A program made the translations under genes and the position numbers. A model generated the notes under the pieces. It saw nothing but the letters and a program-made list of their open reading frames with translations, was not told the DNA's origin and made no database searches. Shown here piece after piece: positions 39,787-53,720 of a stretch of 64,000 nucleotides of DNA (its first letter is position 1; the number at the start of each line of letters is the position of its first letter). Source of the DNA: Eledone cirrhosa (taxonomy: Eukaryota); contig OZ024746.1 of NCBI GenBank assembly GCA_964016885.1, positions 43,896,001 to 43,960,000 on the forward strand. Direction: 5' to 3'.

Positions 39787-40088
39787 AGTTTTGCGAGGTT
39801 TTTGATATGAAATCGTGTGTCGAAACAAATATTGTTATACCACTGATGATGTTGCAGATGTGCAACGAAAGAACTTTGTTAGACTATATATATGTGTGTT
39901 TGTGTCTATATTATATCTGTATTTTTGACCGTTGGTCAGTCAATGGTAACATTGAGGACCGAATAAATTAAATTAACCGATATAAAAGACACAGAAGCGA
40001 AAACCAACCAAACAGTGAGTGTGTTCTGTTATTAATTCTGGCAATATTATTACACAAATATAACTCTCCCCAATTATAACAATATTTA
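39787..40088 (+). mobile_element. Short HHR-bearing element related to 32045-32811
   Basis: Shares gaaaca.atattgttatac, gaag.gaaaaccaac and terminal tataacaatat. HHR CTGATGA(39843)-t-gttgca gatg tgcaac-GAAA-GAAC-TT-tg. Flanked by (TA)n. Confidence 0.6.
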
Positions 40089-40102
40089 TATATATATATA
40101 TA

Positions 40103-41095
40103 CTAGCCGAATTAACCGTGCCTTTCACACATTTTTTTTTTGTAAGAAAATGTGTGATATAATTTATGGAGAAAAACTCTGCATTTCAATATTACTCAAT
40201 GTAAAATGTAATGCATGAAAAATTGGAAAACATTTTTTGTAATATATCAAATCAAAATTAGATTATTAAATCTTATTCTTATTTTGTAACTTGTAAATAA
40301 TTTTTTTCAAGATATCAATTCAAAACTTGATCATTACATTTTTGTGTAAAGCATTATTTTCAAATTAGAAATTCAAAGTTTAATTATTTATTTTTTAACT
40401 TAAAAAATACATGAAAATATATTTCATACTTTGTCTTAATGAAGAACTACAGGGTAAACAACATTTCTTGTCTTTCTTTGATTGGCTAAAATGTAGAGAT
40501 TTTTTGAAGTTCCAGTCCTTGAAACATGACTGAAACATGGGTTTGTCAGATCCAATAATTTTGAAAGTTTGACCTTGACTCTTCTTGATGCTCATGTTAA
40601 AGCATGGCCTCACTGGGAACTGCAGCCTCTTAAATGTAAAAGGCAACTCGCTATCACTTGGTATAAGTGGAATCCTCGGAATGAGAAGAGCTTGACCTTA
40701 GTAAGCCCTGAATATAATGGTTGCTTCAATCAAGTTCTCATGCAATCTTGTTACAACACATCTTGTTCCATTTATTGGCCAACATTTTCATTATGGGGGG
40801 TTTAACCCCCATTAGGGTGCCTTAATATTATTGAAATTTGCTGAAATTATGTGAATAGGCATCATATCTTGTCATTTACCTATGGTTTAAATTTCATATA
40901 TATCGAAGGGAAAAAATTTTCAGCAGGATTTTGTGCCCCCCCGGGGAACCCTTTGATTAAAATGAAATATACTTATCCAAGTACCCTGGGCAATGTAGTT
41001 TCAGAATATATATGGTTATGGGGGGGGGGGGGTCTATCTCCAAAACCATAAGAGGAGTTTGTGAACAAACAAACAGACAGGAACTACAACTTCAT
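40103..41095 (-). mobile_element. Non-autonomous Helitron derivative with PIF1-helicase C-terminal fragment
   Basis: PRIPLIPSDSELPFTFKRLQFPVRPCFNMSIKKSQGQT; 3' CTAG at 40103-40106 preceded by an imperfect GC hairpin. Confidence 0.8.
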
Positions 41096-41860
41096 ATCAT
41101 CATCATCATCGTTTAACGTCCATTTTCCACGCTAGCATAGGTTAGACGAGAGTTGTCCCACTTGAGGCAAGGTTGGTCGGGTACCATGTCTCGCTCATAT
41201 AGGACTATCTGGCAGGTTTTCTACAGTTGGATGCCCTTCCTAACACCAACCACATTTACAGTGCGGAACTGGGAAGTTTTTACCGTGTTACCTACACGGC
41301 CACATTACAGCGTGGACTGTATGTTTTTTCTCATGACACCTACACGATCTCGATCTCATTATCTCATTTATTTGGACTGGATGTTGTGGTACCAACTTTA
41401 TAGGGAGAGGGTGGTGTTGGTGGGAGTGGGAAGATAGGGGTAGTGGATTGGGGTGTATATTTGGTTAAGAGGTGTCTACTTACTGTAGGTTTCGCTTTGT
41501 ACATAGGCAAGGCGGGTCTTCTGTATTACTGGGTAGTGCCAAAGATCTCGGTCCAGTGACATTGTCTTAGAGAGGTGCAAGTGTGTAAGGTCGGAATTTA
41601 TCAGATCGTCCCAGGTTTTTCTGGGTCTACCTACTCCGTAACTACCATCAATTTTGATCGCCCTGCACTTTTTTATACAGCTGTCGTCTTTCATGCGCAT
41701 CACATGGCCATACCAACATAGTCTTCTCTCGAGTAAACAGCATCTGATCCCTCTTATTCCTAATTTCTCATTTAGTTCATTTATGCTTTGCCGTTCACGT
41801 ATATTACTATTACACATCCAACGGAGCATACATGCTTCGTTCCTTTCCAGTCTACGCAGA
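41096..41860 (-). mobile_element. RTE 3' fragment with long 3'UTR
   Basis: LRRLERNEACMLRWMC..GRPRKTW; same subfamily as 45718-46712. Confidence 0.9.
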
Positions 41861-41875
41861 TATATATATATATAT

Positions 41876-42128
41876 GTTTCCTTGAGCAATAAACTTTATT
41901 TCACATTGCTCCAGTTTACTCAGCTGTAGAAATGAGATGATAGGGACTGGGGCCCATATCATTCCACTGCAAAGTGGTCGTGGAGGTGCCACGGCGAAAA
42001 AAGCACCCAGCACTCACTGTAAATGAGGTTGGTGTTAGGAAGGGCATCCAGCTGTAGAAATCAAGCCAGAATCAGTTCCCGTCCCACCCTTGCAAGCAGG
42101 GAAAAAGCGGACGTAAAATGAAATGAAA
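41876..42128 (+). mobile_element. SINE family A, 5'-truncated
   Basis: Starts in the central domain and keeps the full tail. Confidence 0.9.
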
Positions 42129-42142
42129 TATATATATATATA

Positions 42143-43190
42143 TTCTTTGTCTTCTTTGCTCACTTATTCCTGAGAGGGTCATGGGAGAAGAGTCCTCAAA
42201 CACTCCTGCAGGTGGTTCCTGTCAGAAGCAACCAACTCCAAATGATCCAGCTGGATACCCAAGCATGACCATGGATGTTATCCAACCATCTTGCTTGGAG
42301 TCTACCCCTGGGTTTCCTGCCAGTTTGTTTTTCCCATAAAATCTCTCCAGCGATTCTTTCCTGAGACATTCTAACCACATGCCCATAGTATATGAGCTGT
42401 GATCTCTCAATTCAGAGAAGTAGTGGCCCTACCTGAAGTGACTCTCTTATCTCCGAGCTATGCACTTTATCGAGTAATGTTACTCCAAAGACCATTCGGA
42501 GGAACCCCATTTTGGCCACTTGTATTTGCAATCATATTCTTTTGGTCATGATCCAAGCTTCATGACCATGGGCAAGATTTGGCATGAATATCAAATTGAA
42601 GAAAGCAAGTTTGGCTTTTATGCCTACCTTCCTCCTTCTGATTACTGAATGCTGAAGGTTGGTGCATTACGCCCACCTTTCATCATATCACTTCCAAACT
42701 GGCTGCACATGCCATTCCTGTTCAAGAAAATAATCAAAAGAAGAGGTGAGAGTATGCACCCTTGGCAGATTCCAACTTTCACATTGAATGGTTTCAATTT
42801 AACACCATTTATCTGAACACAAACACTCGGGCATTCATATAGAGACATCAAGCCAGCAAGAAGCTGACCATCGATCCCATACTCTTGCAGAATATTCCAC
42901 CACAGGTCGCAAGGAATGCAGTCATATGCCTTTTTCAAGGTAAACAAAACAAGAATATGCCTTTTGTGAATACTCTGGCGATTTCTCAAAGAACTGCCGC
43001 ATTGTGAATATTTGGTGGGTTGTGTTGCGTCCAGTGTGAAAACCACACTGTTCATCAGCTAGCTTGGACTCAACAGTCTCCTGTGCCTCTTTGCCAAACA
43101 CTTAACATAGACTTTACTGGGGAGACTTAACAAGAGATCCCTCAGTAACTGGAACAATCTCTCTTGTCTCCCTGTTTGAAAATTGTGATT
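42143..43190 (-). mobile_element. RTE-clade LINE, decayed, internally deleted
   Basis: LKKAYDCIP, VGICQGCILSPLLL; homologous to 11850-12800. Confidence 0.85.
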
Positions 43191-44812
43191 ATCAAATATT
43201 AAAATTTAAAATCTCTGATGTGTATATGTGAAGTTCACATATAAATACGACCACATCAAAAAATTCTAATTGTTTTTCTAAATATCTATCAAATATTTAT
43301 ACTCTTTTACCTGTTCCAGCCATCCGGCTGAGACCATGCTGGGGCACCGCCCTTGATGTAAATATATGTAAATATATTCCACCGAAAGCATATATTATCT
43401 AAACATATTAAGTTGACGATTTTTAAATTAATGTTGAGAAGATATGAGAATGTATAAAAATCAATTCTGTTTAAGAAAATATGTTACTTGTTCCAATATT
43501 TTTTTATTTGTGTCATAGTTAATACAATTTGTTTCCACTTGAGGTCATCTATCTAGGTCAACATTTTTGGCAATTATTCTAATCAGAGATAATAAGCACA
43601 TTAAATATTTGTATCATTTGCTTGACATCAATACTGGATGTTTCTTCGTGGACTTTCTCCTTAAAACAATTTATGTATACATTTATCCAATCATATTTTC
43701 TGTTTTAACAAAACAAGAGAATAAAACATCAACTATAGGCTGCAATAAATTTTTAAAATGTCATTTCCTTAGATTATGAAATGAATTTCTTTAAAACAAT
43801 TTTCAGTATTTTTATAAATTTTCTAATCAAACAGGATTTTAATAATTTACATGATTTCAAATTTAAAATAAAAGATCAATATAATTTACATGTGGCTACA
43901 TTTGATATTTAACATCAATTTTAATATGAAAACACTTGGTAACTGAGGCAAAATGTTCATATAAAGGAGAGTTTTATACTTGTTCTCATATTTCCATCTT
44001 AATGACTTTTCAATGATTCTAATAATATAATCCTTTGAATATGTATGTGAATAGGGAAAATATGAAAACTGATAAACAGATCAGTCTCAGTGATAGAAGT
44101 ATAGCAGGCTTGTTTTAAAAGAAAGATAAATGAATAGGTGAAGTCAAACATCTTTTAAACAACACAGAATGAGTTTCCCATTATGCATGCCTTAGGCTAA
44201 TCTGGGGTCAACAACCTGAATGAAATAGTACAGGGAGGGATTTGGTCATAATTTAGATAAATTACTGCTTCACCTTTCAATTAGGATAATGTATGTGTCA
44301 TACAATTACCTTAAATGAAATTAAAAATTAAAATGATCATAAACAACCTCAAACAGCAGCTTTTGACAAGTTTTATCATATCAAAATCAATAAATCATTT
44401 ACATAAATCTCCTAAATATCCATCTAATTTCATTCTAGTTCTTTTGTCTATAAGCATTTTCTATGAAGGCCCTCTTGATGTATATTATTCACCAGTATCT
44501 TCTTCATTTTAGTAAATACTTCTGTTTCTAAAACTATTTTTTTTTTTTTTATGGCAGAATATAGGCTTCAGGAAGCAGTTTCCAGTAGACATATAGATTG
44601 AAACAGACAAACTTTTAGTTTATTTTTCTGCTTTTTATACGTTTTTTTTTAAAGATTATATATTTAGATATGTTTACGTTATAACTGTAATAAAAATCAC
44701 CAAAAAGCACTTCTAAATCCTACTTTAAAGTTGGTATTATAAAAGAGCTTCACATTGGTTAACATTGTGAAAAGATATTAAATCAATCAAATAAGCACTG
44801 TTTATTTCCATA

Positions 44813-45010
44813 ATTGTTTCTACTTTTGGCACAAGGCCAGCAATTACTCAGTGCATTACTGGTACTTTATTTTATTGACGCCGTAAGGAAGAAAGGCAAA
44901 GTTAACCTCAGCGGAATTTGAATTCAGAATGGCAAGGGCCTCTACTTTTGGCACAAGGCCAGCGATTACCACAATGCATCACTGGTATTTTATTTTATCG
45001 ACCTCGTAAT
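44813..45010 (-). mobile_element. Two tandem partial SINE-B copies
   Basis: tctacttttggcacaaggccagc occurs twice (~44819, ~44941). Confidence 0.85.
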
Positions 45011-45717
45011 GGTATGTCCATTGCTTTTTTTATATATTAGTAACTTTTTTTAAATTGAACATATAAACTTTATCATCATCATCATTTTATATCTGCTGTT
45101 CCATGCTCACAGATTGGATGCATCTTTATCATCACAGCATCTCTCCACTCATTAAATTCTTTCACCATCTCTTCTGTGAACTTCAACAATTTGAAATCAG
45201 CTCTCACTACCTCCTAAGGTCTTCCTTAGTTTTCACTTACTGCAGTTTCCCTCCACTGAGATTTCTTGGTACTTATTCACCAAGTGACCATAAACCACAA
45301 CCACAATTGATCTTGCAATTTTTTTCATGGCTAACTCATTACAGCTATATTAATTACAGCTATCTTTACCTTTATGCAGTGTTTACTTATTTTACTACGG
45401 TTTCTTTTCAATAAGGATTTTTTATATGTATGTAATTATTGGAGAGGGGGGGGGGGGGGTTCATGTATTCAATCATTGCTAATTTTTTCTTTCACTTTTG
45501 GTTATCAACAAATATAAAGTTATTTGTATTATCTTGTTCTATAATTATTTAAACAAATTCAAAATTTAGAACTTTGTACATCATCGCTATATCACTAAAG
45601 ACAAAAATCATCATCAACATAGCAGGTAAGAACAGATTATATTGAACACACACTGTGAGAGAGAGAGAGAGAGATCATTGGTATTAAAAGGGAAACAATT
45701 AAATGTTGCCTAGGATT

Positions 45718-46712
45718 ATTGTTTGCGCAGAGGGTTCTATAGAAATAGTGGACAGCTTCCGTTACCTGGGTGACAAAATTAGCAGTGGGGGAGGGTGCTC
45801 TGAAAGTACAGTAGCTAGAGTCAGAACTGGATGGAAAAAGTTCAGAGAGCTTATACCACTATTAGCCGCTAAAGGGTTCTCCCTAAAAATGAAAGGCAGG
45901 TTGTATGATGCCTGCATACGAACAGCAATGTTGCATGGCAGTGAGACCTGGGCATTGTGTGCAGAGGATATACGCAGACTAGAGAGGAACGAAGCTTGCG
46001 TGCTCCGCTGGATGTGTAATAGTAATATACGTGAACGGCAAAGCATAAACGAACTAAGGAAAAAATTAGAAATAAGAGGGATCAGATGTTGTTTACTCGA
46101 GAGAAGGCTACGTTGGTATGGTCACGTGACGCGCATGAAAGACGACAGCTGTATAACAAAGTGCAGGGCAATAAAGATAGACGGTAGCCACGGAGTAGGC
46201 AGACCCAGAAAAACCTGGGACGAGCTGATAAATTCCGACCTCACACACTTACACCTCTCCAAGACAATGTCACTGGACCGAGACCTTTGGCGGTACTCAG
46301 TAATAGAGAAGACTCGCCTTACCTAAATACAAAGTAAAACCTACTACAGTCAGTAGGCATCTCTAACAAAATACACCCCCATCCCACCTCCCCCACCCCA
46401 TCCACACCGCCCCTTTCAATGTAAAGTTATGTTGGTGCCACAACATCCAGGCCGAAACAAATGAGATCGTGTAGGTGTCACGACAAAAAAACACGCAGTC
46501 CACGCTGTAATGTGGCCATGTAGGCAACACGGTAAAAACCTCCCAGCCCCACACTGTAAATGTGGTTGGTGTTAGGAAGGGCATCCAGCTGTAGAAAACC
46601 CGCCAGTCAGTCCTATGCGAGCAATGACAACCACTCTTGCCTCAAGTGGGAAAACTCCCGTCCAAACCCATGCAAGCGTAGAACATGGACGTTAAACGAT
46701 GATGATGATGAT
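45718..46712 (+). mobile_element. RTE 3' fragment (open for ~200 aa) with long 3'UTR
   Basis: VDSFRYLGD..KGRLYDAC..GRPRKTW; tail ggacgttaaacgatgatgat. Confidence 0.9.
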
Positions 46713-46900
46713 ATACAGGATGTTAAACATCTGAGAAACTCTTCTACCACAAGTTTAATTCTTTCTGCTGAGGTTTGATAATTTGATAATTGACTGTAGT
46801 AACAGTCCAATATAATTCTCACCTCCATAGGGAAATAGCAGACATTCATCAGAGTCTCTACATATGCAAGAAGTCACAGTCTCTAGATATCTCTAATAGT

Positions 46901-47088
46901 TGTTTCTACTTTTGGCACAAGGCCAGCAATTACCTCAGTACATTACTGGTACTTTATTTTATCGACCCCGTAAGGATGAAAGGCAAAGTTAACTTCGGCG
47001 GGATTTGAACTCAGAATGGCAAGGGCCGTAACTCTATGCATCAAAGCATGGCGTCTGACCCTCTACCGATACTGCCAATCCACCGCCC
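46901..47088 (-). mobile_element. SINE family B, full length
   Basis: Reverse complement of the 3884-4071 family. Confidence 0.9.
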
Positions 47089-48639
47089 ATATTAGAGATC
47101 TCTAATAGTAATGCTGTGGAAAATCCATATAAGAATCTAAATGTCCTTATTGGAGTCCCACAATAATTCCAAGTTAATCAGTTACTGACCCACTACAAAT
47201 ATCAAGTGTAACCGCCTTCAGAGTTCTGATCACATTTCTTATACAGTGTGACTCGTATACACACACAGACTGGATCCTATTAACAAATCATTCAGCTAGA
47301 TATGTATGATCTGCTTACCAAACAATTTGTTTAAGCCTCATATCTGTATCCTCTTGATTTTGTATCTTTCTCACTTTTTCCTACAAACAACAACTTACAG
47401 AAGGGCTATCTGAATATCAATCTTAAAAACTGTTCTCGTATGGAAGGGCCTTGAATTGTTATGATTATATTATATTTAAAAAAATGAATGGTTACATACA
47501 TGATCCAACATTATCAGATTGTATGTTAGAAAGAAGAATTAACGAATTAATGAAGGAAGGAAATAAAGAACTACTAGCTGGCAATTACTGAATCATATGT
47601 TTGGGTCTTTTTCTGAAATTAGTAACATGCATATGTTCAGTTAAAGCCTGTTATTAGATAATAAGCTGAAGAAAGTATTTCAAGGTATAAAAAAATGTCA
47701 TCTTCGAAATAATAGACCTGTAATGAGAGACTGAAAAATATGCCCATAACCTGGATTAATTTCATTAAAACACAGGATCTGGTTCTGCACACCTGATCAA
47801 CAAAATCATCTTATTGAAATTGCCATAACATAATGTCATCTAATATGTTGTTATGGAAAATTGGTTTCTATGAAGTTAGAAGATATTTGGTACTATAGCA
47901 ATCAAGAGCTTATTCTAGGGAAACACTTATTTACTTTATTTTTAAAAATTTATATTCTATTTTCAAATACTTTAAAATATAATAGGATTAGGCATAAAAT
48001 TGAAAGAACATCCATGAATATTACTTCATGTTAGTTATGAACACCTTTGGCTAAAATTTTTTTTTTTAATTCTCACATCCAAAATGCTTTTGAGTTTTAA
48101 CATGGAACTTGGCATTCCAAAGTTTGATAACAAAAAGATGTTACACACTTCTAAGAAGACAAAGAATATAAATGATATCTGATGATAATATATGTGACAT
48201 TGAAGAGAAACGCTATGAATATTATAGAATTAGATTGAGTATTAGAGAAAATGGTGGAAAGATGGTTAAAACATGCACACAGATACAGAGGAAAATGTAA
48301 TTGTTTAAAAAACAAAAATTAAATAAATAAAAAAAAATCATTGCCTATGTCCTTATCAATTCAAGTAAACACTATGATGTTATTATTTTGTAGTATAGCA
48401 CTGAGTTACTCCCTTTGGTTAAACAAGATGTAGTTGAGTTAGATGTGTCAGCTAAAGTATAATAATGAAATATGACAGCTTACGTGTGTAATTGAACATG
48501 ATTCATTATTACACTACCAGAACGTGTAAAGGAAGATGACCAATAATTGTTAGTCATTCTTTAGTGAATGAAATAAAAACAAACTAAGTTTATACCTCCA
48601 GTGAAGGAAAATAAAAGAAATAACATTAAAACAGGCCTA

Positions 48640-51600
48640 CCACCTGATGTACGTCCAAAACTACGTGCTGCAGCTTCCTTGAATCGGAACTCAGCACAAC
48701 ATGAAAGTTTTAGTCTGCGTGATGGTGGGCAGATCTGGAGGTTTGTTAGGGCTGGTGAAACGTGGAAGAGAGATACCAGCTGGTCTGAGTGCGCTCTACC
48801 CACAATAACTGGCAATGAAAAAACTGCAACAACTCTGGGAAACTAAACCAGAACAACCTGCCATCTTCTACACACCATCAAAAACTGCAAGCAGGGTACA
48901 AATTGTTGCCCTTAAATGCTCGCAGTTTATGCAACAAGATACATCTGTTTAACTCCTATGTCAGAAGCATCGACCCTGATTTCTTCACAGTCACGGAAAC
49001 ATGAGCACATTCCTTACTCTGTGATGAGGTTTTCAGCATTACTGGGTACAACCTGTTCCGCAAGGACTGCATTAATCGCCGTGGTGGTGGTGTGATGGTC
49101 TACATTCATTCAAACTTTTTGGTAATTCCTTGCGTTGATTTGAACGAATCACAAGAAGAAGTTTTTTCTGTGACATATGTATGACCATGTCAACACTTCT
49201 GCTTGGTGTTGTTTATCGCCCCCCCCCCCCCAAAAAAAAAAAACTACCATCAGGACACACAGCTTTGCGATATCCTCAGAGCTGCTGCCAGGAAAACAGC
49301 CACTTATGTGTTTATTGCAGGTGACTTCAATCATCCTGAGATCGATTGGGAAACCTTTTGTTGGCCACAAAGTGCAAACGATTTCCTTGAGCTAGTGCTG
49401 GACTCAAACTGGTCACAAGTAGTCACCTCTCAACCAAGAGGTGACAACACTTTGGACCTGCTCTTCACCACTACTCCTGAAGTGGTTATCAGTTGTACTA
49501 CTGAGGAACCTCTAGGCGACTCTGATCATGCTATGATCATTGCCAATCTGGCACTTGAGGGCAGCAACAAAAACCAAAGCCATCTCCAATCTGCTTGCTT
49601 TGATTGGAAGAAAGCAGATTGGAAGTTGTACTGCACTGAGCTACATCGCCCAAACTGGCATGAGTTCTATAACTCTGGAGATGTGAACACTATACTCCAG
49701 AGCATCCTGGACTCAATATGGATAGCGTGTGCAGCATCAGTGCCATGTAAGCAGAAAAAAAAACACCCCAAAAGTGCAATTTGGGAAACTTCAGTGGTCC
49801 GACTTGCCAGGAAAGAACGTCGGAACGCTGAACGGGAATATAAACTGCATAAATCAGATGCCACCAGAAAAAAGCAGAATAATTCTTCCAACCATCTCAA
49901 GCAAGTGATAAAAAAAGGCAGTTCTTGAATCTGAACAGTGCATAGCAACCAATTCTGACAGTAAGGTGTTCTGGAAATATGTACATTCAAAGCAGAGACC
50001 TCACTCTCCAGTTGGTCCTCTTCGCAATCCCCACACAAGCCAGATCACTGACGATCCCAAAGAATGTGCAGAACTCATTGCTGAGTGCTATGCAAGCAAT
50101 TTTACTGTTGAAAACCAGAATGTACCATCTCCACCATCTCTAACATCAAATTCCATAACAACTATGGAATTTACACCTGCAATGCTGCGATGTCACCTTA
50201 AGAATAAGCGCAACTATGCCTCCCCTGGTCTTGATGGTGTTACATACCTGCTTCTCAAACATGGCGGGTACTTCCTTTTGCACCAGCTTTCTTTATTCTT
50301 TCAATACTGTCTCAACAATGGTGCTACTCCGAAGCAGTGGAAAACTGCCAGTGTCATTCCCCTGTTCAAAAAGGGTGACCGCACGTCACCTGTCAACTGT
50401 CGTCCAGTCAGTCTTACTAGCTGTATTGCCAAACTGATGGAATCCTGTGTCAGAGAAACACTTTGGAACTTCTGGAGCTCTCACAGCCTCATCCGGCCCT
50501 CGCAATTTGGATTTATCCCTAACTCCAGCTGCTGTGATCAGCTTATCGAGTTACTTCAAGACATTACCCAGATCACTCACAGCAGCTCATGGGTGGATGT
50601 TGTTTACCTTGACTTCACTAAGGCTTTTAATTCTGTGCCACACAAAAGACTTATGGCGAAACTCTCTGCAATGGGTGTGAGGGATGATCTTTTTAACTGG
50701 TTGAAATTCTTCATTTTCAGCCGAAAAGAGGTAGTCACAGTTCTAGGACAGCATTCTTCACCATATGAGATGTCATCTGGTGTACCACAGGGATCTGTTC
50801 TTGGTCCCCTTTTCTTTGTTGCATACATTAATGACGTAGATGCCAACTTAAAGAATGCCACGGTACTGAAATATGCAGATGACATCAAGCTGTACCTTGA
50901 AATCAAAAGGACAGATCCTGAAATCTATAACTCTTTCCTACAATCAGACCTGGACACAGTGCAGCATTGGATCACAGATTGGCAACTGAAGCTGGCTGTG
51001 GACAAGTGTACCACCATGCATTTTGGGAGAAAAAATCCAGTGTCCACATACTCCCTCCACAACACTGATATCAAGAAGTCCTCGTGTGAACGTGACCTGG
51101 GCATTACTGTTAGCAGCAATTTGCGTTGGACAAAGCACATCTCTAAAATTGTCAAGAAGGCCGAGGGTATCTTGGCATCACTCAACAAGACCTTTGTTAC
51201 CCGCTCTCCAGCCATCTATTTAAAGCTGTATACAGCTATGGTACGACCACACTTGGAATTCGCATCATCAGTCTGGAACCTCTATCTTGCTCAGAACATT
51301 GACCTCCTGGAAACTGTTCAGAGATGTGCAACCAAGCGCATACCCTCCATCAGACACCTATCATACTCTGAACGCCTTGTTTCCCTGGGCATGGATTCAT
51401 TGAAGCTCCGACATCTGGCAATGGACTTGGTAAACACCCACAAAGTTATTAACCATCTTGCCAACAACAACCCTGAGCACCTTTTTGATTTCCATGTGTC
51501 TAACACCCATGGACATGCCTACAAAGTTTAGAAAACAGCACAGCTCCCATGACTTTCGGAAACATTTTTTCACGCTTAGAGTTGCTGAAGCATGGAACAA

Positions 51601-51837
51601 ACTGCCTGCATCAGTTGTTAGCTGCTGAGACACTGTATTCTTTAAAACTCTCACGCTTCCCGAAATTTGCCTGCTGTCCCCCTACAAGCACACGTGTATA
51701 TCATAAATCATGCACTGTTCATTTTCCTGACATTTGTACATTACCCTATGTACTATACATACACTTTTGATGAGTTGTAGTGCACCTGAACCTGAGCACT
51801 GTACACAATATTTTCATTATTATTATTATCATTATTA
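48640..51837 (+). mobile_element. CR1-clade LINE (ORF2 APE-RT pseudogene, 3'UTR, (ATT)n tail)
   Basis: LNARSLCNK, GDFNHP, SDH, FKKGDR..CRPVSLTS, YLDFTKAF, GVPQGSVLGP, YADD, VRPHLEFASSVW, THGH; several frameshifts. Confidence 0.92.
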
Positions 51838-52311
51838 TAAAACACAATTACAAAGAGAGATGGAAGAAAATATGTCACAATTTGAGTTGGTTTTGAGAAA
51901 GATATAAATAAACTTTAGGCATCTGAAAACTGGAGGTGGTTGTGCGAAAGAGAAAAAGAGCAATTGAGCAGTTTTTGTACCTGCACAGGGATATGCACTC
52001 ACTACAAATACAGTGAAGCAAGGCATCTACTATTTCATCGTTATGCATGAAGCTGAAGGACACTTGTTGACTTTTCTTACATTACATAATACACCCCGAA
52101 ATGATAAAAATCCACTACTCACTGTTAGTGTGTTAGATGAAATGCATTGGTGTATTTCATTATAGTCCTTTATATTTTGGTTTCAAATTCTACCAAGGCT
52201 AACTTTGCCTTTCATTGTTTGGGTGTTTATTAAAAAAGTACTGGTAAATTATTTGAGTTGTAGGGCTAGATTTTCTCCTTTACAATAAAATCGTTGGCCC
52301 TTTGCCTAAAA

Positions 52312-52936
52312 GGGGTCTTCACCCTATTTTATAAGCTATTTTACAGCATCTCAGTGCATGAGTAAACCATTCTTTATATTGACTTTATCCCCTCAGTGCT
52401 TTGTAAAGTCTGAGAGATTGGTTACATATACACAATGTTTCTTGACATTTAATAACTGTGATTCAGCTGTCTAATTTAAGATGGTAAGAGTTGTCACAGT
52501 CCCTTGGCTTAATGGTTTAAAGCACCTAGCTTTTATCTAGGAGATATGGGGTTCAATTCCTCATAGCGACTGATGGCAACTTCTTTTCCCATCTTTAAAG
52601 GTCTTTACTCTATTTTATAAGCTATTTTATAGCCTCAGCACATGTGCGCACCATTCTTTATATTAATCTAATAAAAGTCTGAGAGATTGGATACGTATAT
52701 ACAATGCTTGTTAACATTTAAAAACTGCGATTTAGTTATCTAATTTAAGATGGTAAGAAATGTCAAGGTCCCTTAGCTTAATGGTTTAAAGCACCTAGCC
52801 TGTATCTGAGAGATTTGGGGTTTGATTCCACATAGTGGCTAATGGCAACTTATTTTTCATTCTTTAGGGGTCCTCATCATATTTTATAAGCTATTTTATA
52901 GCATCTCAGTGCATGAACACACCATTCTTTATATTA
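52312..52936 (+). repeat. ~270-290-bp tandem repeat (about 2.3 units), each full unit carrying a tRNA-like sequence
   Basis: tattttataagctatttta recurs at 52325, 52611 and 52880. Confidence 0.85.
52499..52571 (+). pseudogene. tRNA-like pseudogene (loop reads TTT)
   Basis: D arm gctt..aagc, anticodon stem cctag/ctagg with loop cttttat, GGTTCAATTCC, imperfect acceptor stem gtccctt/tagcgac. A more decayed copy lies at 52768-52840. Confidence 0.55.
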
Positions 52937-53720
52937 ATAATTGTTTCTATTTTAGGCACAAGGCCAGCAATTATCCAGTATATTACTGGTACTTTATTTT
53001 ATCGACCCCGTAAGGATGAAAGGCAAAGTTAACCTCGGCCAGATTTGAACTCAGATCGTAAAGGGACGTAACTATGCTGGAAAGTATGGCGTCCGACTCT
53101 CTACTGATACTGCCAATTCACAATATATAATAATGATGAGAAACAATGGTTATGCAGTTAATGTTCTATATTTTCACAGATATTGTCATAGATTCAGGTT
53201 TTTCTTTAGCGTTTGTGGTCAACTTTACATTTGAATATTTAGAAGTAGCAAGGTATCTAAACTGTAGTGGCATTCACTTCAAGAAATAAACGATCTAGCC
53301 CATGCATAGAGAAATACATTTAAAATTAAATAATAATAATTTCTTATTTAGGCACAAGGCCAACAAATTTGGGGGAGGGGCAAGTTGATTAAATCAACCC
53401 CAATGCATTACTGGTACTTTATTTTATCGACCCCGTAAGGATGAAAGGCAAAGTTAACCTCAGCATGATCTGAACTGAGATTGTAAAAAAGTGTAACTCT
53501 ATATTGCAAAGCATATAGAAATAATAATAATAATTTTTTTTTTTCTACTTTTGGCACAAGGCCAGCAAATACCCAGTGCATTACTGGTACTTTATTTTAT
53601 CGACCCCGTAAGGATGAAAGGCAAAGTTAACCTCGGCGGGATTTGAATAATAATAATTGTTTCTACTTTGGGCACAAGGCCAGCAATTAACCAGTACATA
53701 ATAATAATTATACCCAGTAT
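52936..53720 (-). mobile_element. Cluster of four SINE-B copies or fragments
   Basis: ggcacaaggcca recurs at ~52955, 53351, 53553 and 53671, separated by (AAT)n. Confidence 0.88.

Noticed and set aside
52312-53720. CRISPR-like array or prokaryotic defence system
   Set aside because: The repeats are long diverged units or SINE copies, with no short identical repeats separated by unique spacers, no cas genes, and a eukaryotic context.
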